A stretch of 64,000 nucleotides of DNA from a candidate division FCPU426 bacterium (GTDB taxonomy: Bacteria; Oederibacteriota; Muellerivitia; Muellerivitales; Muellerivitaceae): contig CAVYSE010000007.1 of NCBI GenBank assembly GCA_963771075.1, forward strand, positions 96,001 to 160,000, written 5' to 3'. Positions 50,751-60,602 of the stretch are shown in pieces. The notes below the pieces were generated by a model, which made no database searches, was not told the DNA's origin, and was given only the letters and a program-made list of their open reading frames with translations. The translations under genes were made by a program, and so were the position numbers. The stretch's first letter is position 1. Each line of letters begins with the position of its first letter.

Positions 50751-51470
50751 ATGAAACAGACTTTCTTTGGGTCTTCCTGTGTTTGTCCTCTTTTGCCATT
50801 TTGGGAGCTAAAGAAAACAGGACTCTATCGACTTTTATCAACGGTTTATAGATGGTCGGTATGTTTTATATTTTGGTTTATTTTGTTTTTCGCTTCTCCC
50901 CTCATTGCTGGCGAGAAGTTCTCATCAATGACCTTTAAAGAACTTCTTCCCCTCGCGGTCTGCGCTGAAATGAATACCCTGGGGCAGGAATGCGGTATGA
51001 AACCCAAGGAATCGGCCAATCGGCAAAGTGCGGTGCAAACAGCCTTGGATGATCTTTGGTCATTGAATTATGGTGAGAAATCGCCTTTCAAGGACCGGCA
51101 AGCCGCCATCATTGTCCGCCGCCTCATTCGTTTAGACCTGGGCGTACTGGTTAAAAACCCGAAATTCGCGAAGATGGTATTTTTAAGGGGCGAATTGGGC
51201 ATTCATTTTCTTTTGGAACGGAACCAAAAAGATGATAACTGGGATCGATTAACATTGCCTCCCGAAATGATTGACCAGGTGTCGAGCATGGGTCGGGAAG
51301 CGGAGGACCTGTTCAATCAGGGGAAATATATTGAGATGCGCACAATCCTATACCAGGCCCTTTGGCTGGCCATGCCGTTAACGGCTGGACAACCCTTGCC
51401 CGACCTGAATGGAGGCCAGGATGTGGTTTATAACCTGATGGGTATTGCCGGGAGGATTCAACCCGGTTGA
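50751..51470 (+). CDS. Hypothetical exported protein (start uncertain)
   Basis: Long ORF with a hydrophobic segment before PLIA; no family recognised. Confidence 0.6.
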   Translation: MKQTFFGSSCVCPLLPFWELKKTGLYRLLSTVYRWSVCFIFWFILFFASPLIAGEKFSSMTFKELLPLAVCAEMNTLGQECGMKPKESANRQSAVQTALDDLWSLNYGEKSPFKDRQAAIIVRRLIRLDLGVLVKNPKFAKMVFLRGELGIHFLLERNQKDDNWDRLTLPPEMIDQVSSMGREAEDLFNQGKYIEMRTILYQALWLAMPLTAGQPLPDLNGGQDVVYNLMGIAGRIQPG

Positions 51471-51571
51471 AAAAAATGACTATTACGGCTTGGTTCTATC
51501 AATAGCCAAAAAGGATTTACAAAAGCAAGAAGGTAAAGCGAAGATCGCGATAAACCATTTAAAGTCGCCTC

Positions 51572-51688
51572 GTTGAAATCCCTGGCTTTAGCCCTGGACG
51601 TGCGAATTACGCACGAGTCGTCCCAGCCTAAGGCTGGGCAAGCGAATCTTGGACTTTGTGGAACCCCGGTCTTGCCCGGGGGCTCCAC
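51572..51688. repeat. REP-like / IS200-IS605-end-like hairpin cluster
   Basis: GAAATCCCTGGCTTTAGCCCTGGA; CGTGCG-AATTA-CGCACG; CCCAGCC-TAA-GGCTGGG; GTGGAACCCCGG...CCGGGGGCTCCAC. Confidence 0.5.
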
Positions 51689-51751
51689 CCAATAGGTACA
51701 TGTTCATACACAATGATCAGTTTTAATGATATTTGGCTTATTCAACGGTGC

Positions 51752-52936
51752 TTAAACTGCCTGCCCCGCCGCCCAGGCGGAAGACCAGGCCCACTGGAAG
51801 TTATATCCCCCCAGCCAGCCCGTCACATCCACCACCTCGCCGATGAAATAAAGCCCCTTCACCTTGCGGCTTTCCATGGTTTGAGACGAAAGTTCCTTTG
51901 TGTCCACACCACCTTTGGTGACCTCGGCCTTGGAATAACCAACGGTGGAATCAGGACGGATCCCTAAGGCAACCAGGGTTTGGCTGAAGTCCGCCAGCTG
52001 TTTATCCGAAAGCTGGGACGCGGTGGCTTTGGGCGGCAGGTAGAGTTCGCAAAGTCTTTCGGCCAGACGCTGTGGAAGCCTTTGGCCCAGAAGGGTCTTC
52101 ATCTCGGACTTGGACTGATTCTTCCGCTCGATCCACCATTGGGTCAGGCTTTCGACCGTTTCATCAGGAAATAAATTGAGATTGATCAAATCTCCCTCTT
52201 CCCAATAGAGGGAAGCCTGAAGTGCGGCGGGGCCGCTCAAACCCACGTGGGTAAAAAGCACATTTTCTCTAAAGGAACTGTTTCTACAAGTTGCCACGCA
52301 ATCCACCGAAAGACCGGTCAGGTCGCCGAAACGTTTCCCATCCGCCGGGGAAAAACGGAATCCATCCAAGGCGGGGCGAGTGGGAACGACTTTTAGCCCG
52401 AATTGCAGGGCCAATTGGTATCCGAAATCGGTGACCCCCAATTTAGGAATGGAAAGCCCTCCCGTTGCTACCACCAGTGAATGGCTCATATAGAGGTTTT
52501 CAGATGTCCAGATCTTAAAAAGGCCTGATTTTTCGACCGACTCGACCTTGACCCCCAAGTTGACTTGGACAAGGGCGGACTTGCATTCCTTCAATAACAT
52601 ATCCACGATGTCTTGGGCGGAACGGTCGCAAAAAAGCTGGCCTAATTTCTTTTCATGGAAGGGGATGTGGTACTTATTGACGAGTTCAATGAAATCGGCG
52701 CTGGTATATCGGGAAAGGGCCGATTTGCTGAAATGGGGGTTTTGGGAGAGGTAATTCTCAGGTCCCGCGCCCAGATTGGTGAAATTGCACTTGCCGCCGC
52801 CCGAAACCAGGATTTTGGAGCCGGGTTTGGGGTTTTGGTCCAGTACCAGGACGGAACGTCCCCGGAAACCCGCTTCTTTTGCGCAAAAGAGGCCCGCGCC
52901 ACCTGCGCCCACGATGATAACGTCGTATTGTTTCAT
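51752..52936 (-). CDS. HI0933/BaiN/YhiN family flavoprotein
   Basis: IVGAGGAG, SGGGKCNFTN, ATGGLSIP, VTKGGV, GWLGGYNFQWAW. Confidence 0.94.
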   Translation of the reverse strand: MKQYDVIIVGAGGAGLFCAKEAGFRGRSVLVLDQNPKPGSKILVSGGGKCNFTNLGAGPENYLSQNPHFSKSALSRYTSADFIELVNKYHIPFHEKKLGQLFCDRSAQDIVDMLLKECKSALVQVNLGVKVESVEKSGLFKIWTSENLYMSHSLVVATGGLSIPKLGVTDFGYQLALQFGLKVVPTRPALDGFRFSPADGKRFGDLTGLSVDCVATCRNSSFRENVLFTHVGLSGPAALQASLYWEEGDLINLNLFPDETVESLTQWWIERKNQSKSEMKTLLGQRLPQRLAERLCELYLPPKATASQLSDKQLADFSQTLVALGIRPDSTVGYSKAEVTKGGVDTKELSSQTMESRKVKGLYFIGEVVDVTGWLGGYNFQWAWSSAWAAGQAV

Positions 52937-53252
52937 GGTTTCAGTATAAACCATGGCTCGCTGGAGCAAAAAAGAAGAACTTTGGTTAAACCAAAAAAGA
53001 AACCACGGTCGTGGAAAAAATATATTCCCATAGAGTTGTCTTTTTTGTTTCACACGGGAATATAATATTTATGTAATTTAATCAGCTTAGGTCTTTTCCT
53101 GCCTTGAAGGGTTGAAGCCCTTTAGACGTTCATCGTTTAAAACCCATGGCTCGTTCCTAGTTCATTCAAAAACTTTTGCCGCGAATAGGCCTGTTGAGTA
53201 ATAAAGATTTTTTAACCCAACCCATGTAAACGCTTTCCTACGGGAGAGGCTC

Positions 53253-54383
53253 TTGTTTCAGCCATTTCGACAAAATTCATCCGGCGCCATGCTGATGCAA
53301 TTGGGAGGAAATCCCTTTTCGCTTCCCGGTGTTTTTTTATTCAGCCGGTCAAACCTTGGCATTGCCTCGGGGGATGGCGACCGGATCAAGAGGGGAGAAT
53401 CCTGTTTTCGGAAGGGTGAAGCCGCCCTCAAAAAAGCCAGGCTCAATGCAGCCCAGGAACAATTTGAGCTGGCCTTGGAAGCTTACCGGGAAGCCGGGGA
53501 TTCCATCGGCATTGGCAAGAGCCTGCTCCAGGTGGGACGTTCCCTGGAACTGAAGGGCCTCTATGACCAGGCGTTGGAAAAATACAGGGAAGGAGCTTCC
53601 CAGTACCTGGGCTTCGGGGACCGGAACGGTTTCGCGCGGTGCCAGGCTTTTCTCGGCAACGTGGCCTGGGCGAAGGGGGATTATCCCGACGCTTTGCGCG
53701 TTTTCACTGAGGTGCTGGAAACATTTGTGAAAACGAAAAACGTCTCGGCCCAGGCCTGGGTTCATGACCTTTTGGGCAACCTCCACCTGGCCATGGGAAA
53801 ATATCCTGAAGCGGAGGAATTTCACCGAACCGCCTTCGCCTTGGCCGGTGGTGAAAATGCCGACCCAACTGGGAAGGCTTGGAACGAATACCACCTAGGT
53901 GCGGTGGAACGCTATCGGGAAAAGATATGGCCCGCCCTGGAACATTTCACGAAGGCCCTGGCTTATTTCAAGCGTCTTAAGGATACCCTTGGGCTTGTAT
54001 CGACGCATATCCATCTTGGCGAGATCGCTTGTGAGCAAAAACAACTCGATAAAGCCCAGAAACATTTCCAAACCGCGCTCCAACTGGTGCTTTCCACCCA
54101 ATGCCGGCCCCTACTGACGGATGCCCTGGGGGGGGTGGCCCGGCTGATGAAGGCGCGGGGTGAAGGGCGAAAAGCCATCGGATTGCTGATGGTGGCCCTG
54201 TCCCATCCCACCTGCCGGAAGGAAACCAAGGACCACATGGTTTCCATGGGTCAATCGTTGGAAGCCAATTTTTCGGCCAAGGAAAAGGAAAATGGATTTC
54301 TCTGGGCCAAGGATTTCACTTTGGAGGAAATGGCGACCTCCTGGCTTAAATCTCTTTCCCCAAAAAGACTATCGAAATCTTAA
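53253..54383 (+). CDS. Tetratricopeptide repeat protein (start uncertain)
   Basis: ~40-aa TPR repeats (LGNVAWAKGDY, LGNLHLAMGKY). Confidence 0.8.
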   Translation: MFQPFRQNSSGAMLMQLGGNPFSLPGVFLFSRSNLGIASGDGDRIKRGESCFRKGEAALKKARLNAAQEQFELALEAYREAGDSIGIGKSLLQVGRSLELKGLYDQALEKYREGASQYLGFGDRNGFARCQAFLGNVAWAKGDYPDALRVFTEVLETFVKTKNVSAQAWVHDLLGNLHLAMGKYPEAEEFHRTAFALAGGENADPTGKAWNEYHLGAVERYREKIWPALEHFTKALAYFKRLKDTLGLVSTHIHLGEIACEQKQLDKAQKHFQTALQLVLSTQCRPLLTDALGGVARLMKARGEGRKAIGLLMVALSHPTCRKETKDHMVSMGQSLEANFSAKEKENGFLWAKDFTLEEMATSWLKSLSPKRLSKS

Positions 54384-54644
54384 CAACCTTAAACTTTCAC
54401 AGCGACCCGTTCCCTTTACGTGGAGGACAATGAAATGCGGGTGGCGCGAAGATCGCTAAGAAAAACATAGTTTCGTTACAGTCTTTAAATATTCGATAAA
54501 CGAACCGCCTGAAAATGACCAAACCTCCAAAACGAAACCAAGTTAAAATCGATCCTCAATCATAGCAGTTATCCTGAAGGGTAAGTTCATTCCGAGCTCG
54601 TTCATGGGTAACTATTTGCGAATGACTTTCCGGGAGAAGTTCTT

Positions 54645-56414
54645 ATGAGTGAAATACCTGTCTCGAACATGGGGGACGCGCCATTGGAAGGCCCTTTATT
54701 AAACCGCCGTTGGGTTTCTTGGGCCGCCGGGTCGATCCCCGTGATCCTGACCCTGCTGGTTTACCTGCCTTCGCTTCACAACCAGCTCGTGAATTGGGAC
54801 GACACGGAAGCGATCCAGTGGAACCCCCACTTGCGGTCCTTCAGCCTTCATAACCTCTTTTGGATGCTCACGGCCTTTCACCTCGGCAATTGGGTACCCT
54901 TGACCTGGTTTTCCTTGGCGTTGGACTACCGGATCGGGAAATTGGACCCTTGGTTCTATCATTTCCACAACTTGATGTTGCATTGCGTGAACACGGGGCT
55001 GGTTTTCGTCCTGTGTTCGCGAATCTTGGGGGTAGCGCAAAAGAACGGTTTGATTGGAGCTGAAAAAAAGGGTTGGGTCCTCACCTCGGCCTTTCTGGCG
55101 GCCCTGTTGTTTGGGCTTCACCCCATACACGTGGAATCGGTCGTTTGGGCCACCGAACGCAAGGACATGCTTTACGGATTTTTCTACCTCTTATGCCTGA
55201 TCCTTTACCTGGATGACACCGTCGGTCCAAACCGCAAACGATGGAAGCTTCATCTTTGCCAGGGGCTGTTCGTCCTGTCCCTCCTCTCCAAACCCATGGC
55301 GATCACTTTGCCCCTGGTGCTTCTGCTGTTGGATGGGTGGCCCCTCCAAAGATTTAAACGCGATCGACAAAATTTATTCCGCGAAAAATTTTTCTTTTTC
55401 CTCGTGGCACTGCTTTCCCTCGGGGTCACGGCGTTTTCCCAGGCATGGGTGGGAAGCCTGGCAAATCTTTCCCAATTGCCATTGGATTTCCGCATCATGA
55501 ATTGCCTCCATTCCCTCGCCTTTTATCTTTGGAAAATGATCTTTCCCGTAGACTTGGCGGCGCTCTATCCGCTTGACCTGCGAAAGACATTTTCCCCCTC
55601 TTATGTGTTTTCTTCTTTTGGTGTGGTGGTCCTGTACTCGGCCTGCGGCCTTTACCGTAAAAAATACCCTTGGCTGTCGGCGGCGGGGTTGTATTACCTC
55701 ATCATTCTTTGGCCGGTATTGGGCCTAGTACAAATGGGGTCTCAGGCGGCTGCAGACCGCTACGTATATCTCGCTTGTATTGCACCCTTTCTGCTTTTCT
55801 CCTCGGCCTTGTCCTTCTCCCTTTCGAGCCGTCCTTATGTTTTCGAGGTGGTTGCTGCCATGCTGGCCATGGGGATGGCTTACAGCACCATTCAACAGGG
55901 CAAGACCTGGAGGGACAACACGAGCCTTTGGGAACAGGTGTTAAGGGTTCATCCTAGGAATTCCCAGATAGCCCACGCCAACCTGGCTGATGGGTATTTG
56001 AAGACCGGACGTTTTGAGGAGGCCTTAATGGAATTCGATCGGGGCATTCGGATCGGGCCTCCCTCGGCCTTCACTTTCGATTGGAAGGGGGTCGCCCTGA
56101 TGCAGTTGGGGCGCGTCAGTGAGGCGATGGCCAGCCTGGAAACCGCGCTCCAACTGGAACCCCGAAATCCCCGTGTCCACCTCCACCTGGGATGGGTCTT
56201 CGAACGGATGAAAAGGCCATCCGCAGCTTTGGGAGAATTCGAGCAGTCGGTCTGGGATGATCCGGATTTTTCGGATGGCTATTACGAGATGGGGTGGCTC
56301 TATCTGGACCAGGGGCAGATGGAAAAGGCTAAGCAGGCCTTTCAGCAGGCTCTCCGGTTGGACCCGGACAACTGCACCGTTTGGGCGGGGCTGGGCGTAG
56401 TGGACCGGTATTAA
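54645..56414 (+). CDS. TMTC-like membrane protein with C-terminal TPRs (putative GT-C glycosyltransferase)
   Basis: NWDD, WVPLT, HPIHVESVVW..ERKD, LLSKP, ADRYVY, TPRs. Confidence 0.85.
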   Translation: MSEIPVSNMGDAPLEGPLLNRRWVSWAAGSIPVILTLLVYLPSLHNQLVNWDDTEAIQWNPHLRSFSLHNLFWMLTAFHLGNWVPLTWFSLALDYRIGKLDPWFYHFHNLMLHCVNTGLVFVLCSRILGVAQKNGLIGAEKKGWVLTSAFLAALLFGLHPIHVESVVWATERKDMLYGFFYLLCLILYLDDTVGPNRKRWKLHLCQGLFVLSLLSKPMAITLPLVLLLLDGWPLQRFKRDRQNLFREKFFFFLVALLSLGVTAFSQAWVGSLANLSQLPLDFRIMNCLHSLAFYLWKMIFPVDLAALYPLDLRKTFSPSYVFSSFGVVVLYSACGLYRKKYPWLSAAGLYYLIILWPVLGLVQMGSQAAADRYVYLACIAPFLLFSSALSFSLSSRPYVFEVVAAMLAMGMAYSTIQQGKTWRDNTSLWEQVLRVHPRNSQIAHANLADGYLKTGRFEEALMEFDRGIRIGPPSAFTFDWKGVALMQLGRVSEAMASLETALQLEPRNPRVHLHLGWVFERMKRPSAALGEFEQSVWDDPDFSDGYYEMGWLYLDQGQMEKAKQAFQQALRLDPDNCTVWAGLGVVDRY

Positions 56415-56544
56415 GAAAATGAAAGGTTATTTTTTTTACCTTTCATTGCCTTGTCCCGTACCTCAATGACTCTGGGATGAATATTGAATTTGCTTCGATT
56501 TCCTGAAAGTTGAATAACGCACTCTCCAACTTTATAGTGTCTCC

Positions 56545-58264
56545 ATGCTCCGCCAACTCACCATCAAAAACTTCGCCATCGTCGAATCCATCACGATGGA
56601 ATTCGGCCCCGGCTTCAACGTGCTCACGGGTGAGACGGGGGCGGGTAAATCACTCATTGTGGACGCCCTCTATTTCCTCCTGGGCGACCGGTTCGACCCA
56701 GAACTATTGCGCGCCGGCGAGGATCGCCTGGCTGTGGAGGCGCTTTTTCAAATTCCCAAGGATGCTTGGGCCGCCCGGTTCATCCGAGAAAAGGGGATAG
56801 ACCCGCAGAATGGGGAGATCCACATCAAACGGGAATTTTCTAAATCCTCGGGCAAGACCCGCAGTTTCATCAATGGCGAACTGGCTGCCGCCGCCTTAAT
56901 CGCACAGTTGGGGGAAGGTCTTCTCGACATCCACGGCCAACACGAGCACCAGTCCATCTTCGACACGAACAAGCACCGAAATCTGATTGACTCTTTCGGC
57001 CGCCTGGAAAACAAACTGTCCGCCACACAAAAGGCCTATCAAGTCCTCAAAGCCCTCCTGGATGAACGGGAGCATTTGGGAGGGGACCGGAGGGAAATCG
57101 CCCGCAAGACCGACTTGCTCCAATTCCAAGTCAATGAAATCGCCGCGGCAAAGCTGGAAGGGTTGAACGAGGAAGAGTTGAACCGGCAATACCAGAAACT
57201 CAAACATGCCGAGAAGATTATGGGCTATTTGGGAGAGGCACAACGCCTCATGGATGAGGAAGGGGAAGGCGGCGCTACGGGGCTTTTCGGAACCGCTTTG
57301 AGCCGGGTGAAGGACGCGGCCCGTTTGGATATGGAACTGGAACGAATGGTCGAAGCCGGTTCAAGTTTGCAGGAATCCCTCAATCAATTCTCCTATGACC
57401 TGGCCCAGCGGCTGGAAAACTACGCATTCACGGAGGAGGAATTCCAGGAAATATCGGACCAAATCGACCAGTTGACCACGCTCAAAAGAAAATACGGCGG
57501 GTCGGCCGCTGAGATATTGGAGTATCACAGGAAGATCGAGGGGGAACTGAAGGCCCTCATGGGCCGGGAAAAAAGGCTGGGTGATATCGAGAAGGAGATC
57601 TCTTTCGCGGCGGAAAGTTACCTCGAAAAGGCCGGGGAATTGAGCCGTAAACGGCAGGAAACCGGAGACGGATTGGCCAAGCAAGTCGAGGCCGCCTTGA
57701 AGGAACTGGGTTTGAGCCACGCCCAGTTGGGCGCAAGGGTGACGCCCCTGGAGGAGTCGGGAAGCGCCGCCCAAAAGGACGGGAAGGGTTTCGCGGTCAC
57801 ATCCCAGGGGTATGACCGGGTGGAGTTCATGTTTTCGGCCAACCCTGGGGAGCCAATGCGGCCACTGGCGAAGGTGGCCTCGGGAGGGGAAGCCTCGCGG
57901 GTGATGCTGGCCCTAAAGGCGGTGCTGGCGGAAAGCGACGAGGTAGGCACATTGATTTTCGATGAGATCGATACTGGGGTCGGGGCCCGAACCGCCTCGG
58001 CGGTGGCGGGCTTGCTTCATACGGCTTGCCGGGTCCAAACAGCTTTTATGCATCTCACATCTTGCGCCCATCGCCGGCTTGGGAGAGAACCATTACGAAG
58101 TGGCGAAGTCCGTGGAAAAAAATAAAACTACCATCGATGTTTACCGTTTAACAAAGGATAAAAGAATCGAGGTGTTGGCGAAAATGCTTGGCGGGGAACC
58201 CATTACGGAAACTTCCCGCAATCACGCCAAGGAATTATTTGCAAGAATTCACCCTTCCGGTTAA
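56545..58264 (+). CDS. recN: DNA repair protein RecN; one frameshift near 58020
   Basis: TGETGAGKS, DIHGQHE, ASGGEASR, FDEIDTGV; C-terminal QLLCISHL...AKMLGG in another frame. Confidence 0.92.
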
Positions 58265-58317
58265 GCTAAAACCCATTTTCTGGCAGCAAAATAAACGAAA
58301 ATTTCGGGAGAGACGAA

Positions 58318-59205
58318 ATGAAATTATGGAATCGGTTGATGTTGGTCGGGTTGGTACTGGCTTTTGCCATGAGCCTGTTTGTCACCACGGCAAGCGCCCA
58401 AACCTCGAAGAAGAAAAAGAAGACCGTAGCCACTGCTGTGGCAACCCCGGTGGCGAAGAAAAAGGCCGTCGCGCCTGTCAAAAAAATCGTCACTGGTACC
58501 AATTTGGAGGGCCGTTCGGGCTTGTTTTACGGGGATACTTCATCGGTCGCCCCGAAGGACGTCGTTGAGGGTTCGGTCAATGTCATCGCCGAACTTGGAA
58601 CGGACACTAACTTCTTATTTCCGGTCGGCGGCCATTATGGATTGGGGGATAATTTAGAGGTTTCCGCAGGGGTTAAGCCTTGGATTAATTCTTATACTAC
58701 CTCAGGGACACCGGCTATTGTTATTGGCGGTGTAACCCTTTATCCGGCGGTTGCAGGAAAAACCTATACAAATAGTGATTTGATAATCAATGGGGGCGCA
58801 AAGTACGCCATTCTCGCCACGAACCGGGAAATGCCCGATTTTAGCATCGGCGGCCAGGTATATATCCCAACCTATACGGGTGGTGTCTTCGTGGTCCAGC
58901 CTTACGGGACCGTCACTTATGTCTTGCACAACGGTTTGCTGTTGAACGGTGAGTTCGGAATTGGTATTTGTTCAGCGACCTACGTCGTGTTCGACGGTGG
59001 CGTGGCCTATCCGATCACACCGAAGATCACTGTCATCGGCGAAATCGGAGCAAACCAAGGCGGTTTTGGTTATGCCGATTCCGAGTTGGCCGGCGGGGCC
59101 AGGTTTGATATCGGTGGTGACGCGAAGGTTCAGGCCTTGATCGGGGTGCCCTTTAACGGCGGCGGAGTCGTTCTAGGCGCCGGACTGATCCTCGCCTCCA
59201 GATAA
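58318..59205 (+). CDS. Secreted protein, probable outer-membrane beta-barrel
   Basis: Signal peptide, K/A/V-rich linker, Gly/aromatic alternating strands. Confidence 0.7.
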   Translation: MKLWNRLMLVGLVLAFAMSLFVTTASAQTSKKKKKTVATAVATPVAKKKAVAPVKKIVTGTNLEGRSGLFYGDTSSVAPKDVVEGSVNVIAELGTDTNFLFPVGGHYGLGDNLEVSAGVKPWINSYTTSGTPAIVIGGVTLYPAVAGKTYTNSDLIINGGAKYAILATNREMPDFSIGGQVYIPTYTGGVFVVQPYGTVTYVLHNGLLLNGEFGIGICSATYVVFDGGVAYPITPKITVIGEIGANQGGFGYADSELAGGARFDIGGDAKVQALIGVPFNGGGVVLGAGLILASR

Positions 59206-59233
59206 TTTTTCAAAAACGTTATTTCGGTAAATC

Positions 59234-59269
59234 AGCCGGGTCCCCTTTAAAAGGGAACCCGGCTTTTTT
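59234..59269 (+). terminator. Intrinsic terminator
   Basis: AGCCGGGTCCCC...GGGAACCCGGCT-TTTTT. Confidence 0.75.
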
Positions 59270-59280
59270 ATGATGGGTCC

Positions 59281-59757
59281 ATGAGCGAAACTATCCTTCG
59301 AAAGGCTCGTCCTTCGGATACCCGGGCCATATTGAACCTGATCGCCTCTTATTCCTCTAAGGGGTTGCTGTTACCCCGGCCATTCGCCCAGGTGATGGAA
59401 AAAATACGGGATTTCACGGTCATTGAAAACGGCGAGGGAAACCCCTTGCTGGGGGTGGTCGCCCTTCACCCGGTAGGGGAAGACCTGGCTGAAATACGAA
59501 GCCTGGCGGTTAGGGAAGATGCCGTTGGAAAGGGGATGGGTCGCCGATTGGTCGATTATTGCCTGACCGAAACTAAAGAAATGAAGCTCCATCGGGTATT
59601 CGCCCTAACCTACTAAATTGAATTTTTCGGTAAATTGGGCTTCCATAAGGTTGAAAAAATGACATTGCCCCAGAAAATATGGGGTGATTGCGTGCATTGC
59701 GCTAAATTCTCCGATTGCGACGAGGTCGCCATGCTTCGGGTTCTTAATCCATCATGA
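59281..59757 (+). pseudogene. argA: Short GNAT-type N-acetylglutamate synthase (ArgA-like) with in-frame TAA at 59614-59616
   Basis: GLLLPR, AEIRSLAV, VFALTY*IEFFGKLGF...LPQKIWGDCVHCAKFSDCDEVAM, all in one frame. Confidence 0.8.
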
Positions 59758-60492
59758 CCGAAACCACCGCTCCCTCCCCCCGGGATCCCAAGAAGAAAAG
59801 CCCCCGGCCCGGAACTGCACGGCTTTTCGCCGGTTATTACGCGGATCTGTTGATCGCCGCCTTCTTGAGTTGGATCATTTGTTTCAGCCTGAATTGGCAA
59901 ACCTATTGGATTTGGGTGACCCTTTGCGTTTGGACTGGGGAGGTCGCCTGGTGCCGGGACCGGTTGGTTCCGACCGCGGGCGAGTATATTTTAGGCATCC
60001 GGTACATGACCTCTTCTTCCGCCCATGTGGTGGCGGATATCCAGGTGCTTCACCCCAAACTGGTGTTGAACGGATTCCTGGTTTTCGGCGGAGTGGTGGA
60101 TTTGACCTCTTTCCCTTGGATTCCTAAGCGGCTGGACCTTCCTGGGACGGTCAGTGGTGGGAGGGGTCGCCCTTGATCCGCCCTGGTCGCTGATCTATTG
60201 GGTTGCCACGGGTTTGCTCTTTTTCCTGGCCGCGACGGCCATGCTGGGCGGATCCCGGAACGCCGTTTGGCTGGTGCCCCTAGTCCACGCCTGGTTTTCC
60301 ATCGATTTCAACCGTTCTTTCCAGGGCTGGACGGAATTGTTCCACCACGACCTGATCTTTACCCCGACGGTCTCCAATGCCATGATCGCGGCCGCCAGAT
60401 CCCAATCCAACGTGATACTGGGAATGTTCTATCTTTACAGCCTTTATCTGGTGGTGGTCGTCGCCTTTTCTCGCAGACATTTAGTGAATTAA
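59754..60492 (+). CDS. RDD-family-like membrane protein, apparently frameshifted near 60115
   Basis: RLFAGYYADLL...TAGEYILGIR; hydrophobic continuation in ORF 60154-60492. Confidence 0.6.
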
Positions 60493-60602
60493 ACCCGCCG
60501 CGAAGAAAAAGCCTTTTACGCCCCCTCGACCGATTACTGACAGCCGAAGAGGGGTTGGTTATAATCAACTTTCTTTTTCCCCACTAAATTAAGAGGAATT
60601 TC

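Noticed and set aside
59614..59616. Alternative genetic code or Sec/Pyl recoding
   Set aside because: The codon is TAA, which terminates many genes here; Sec and Pyl use TGA and TAG
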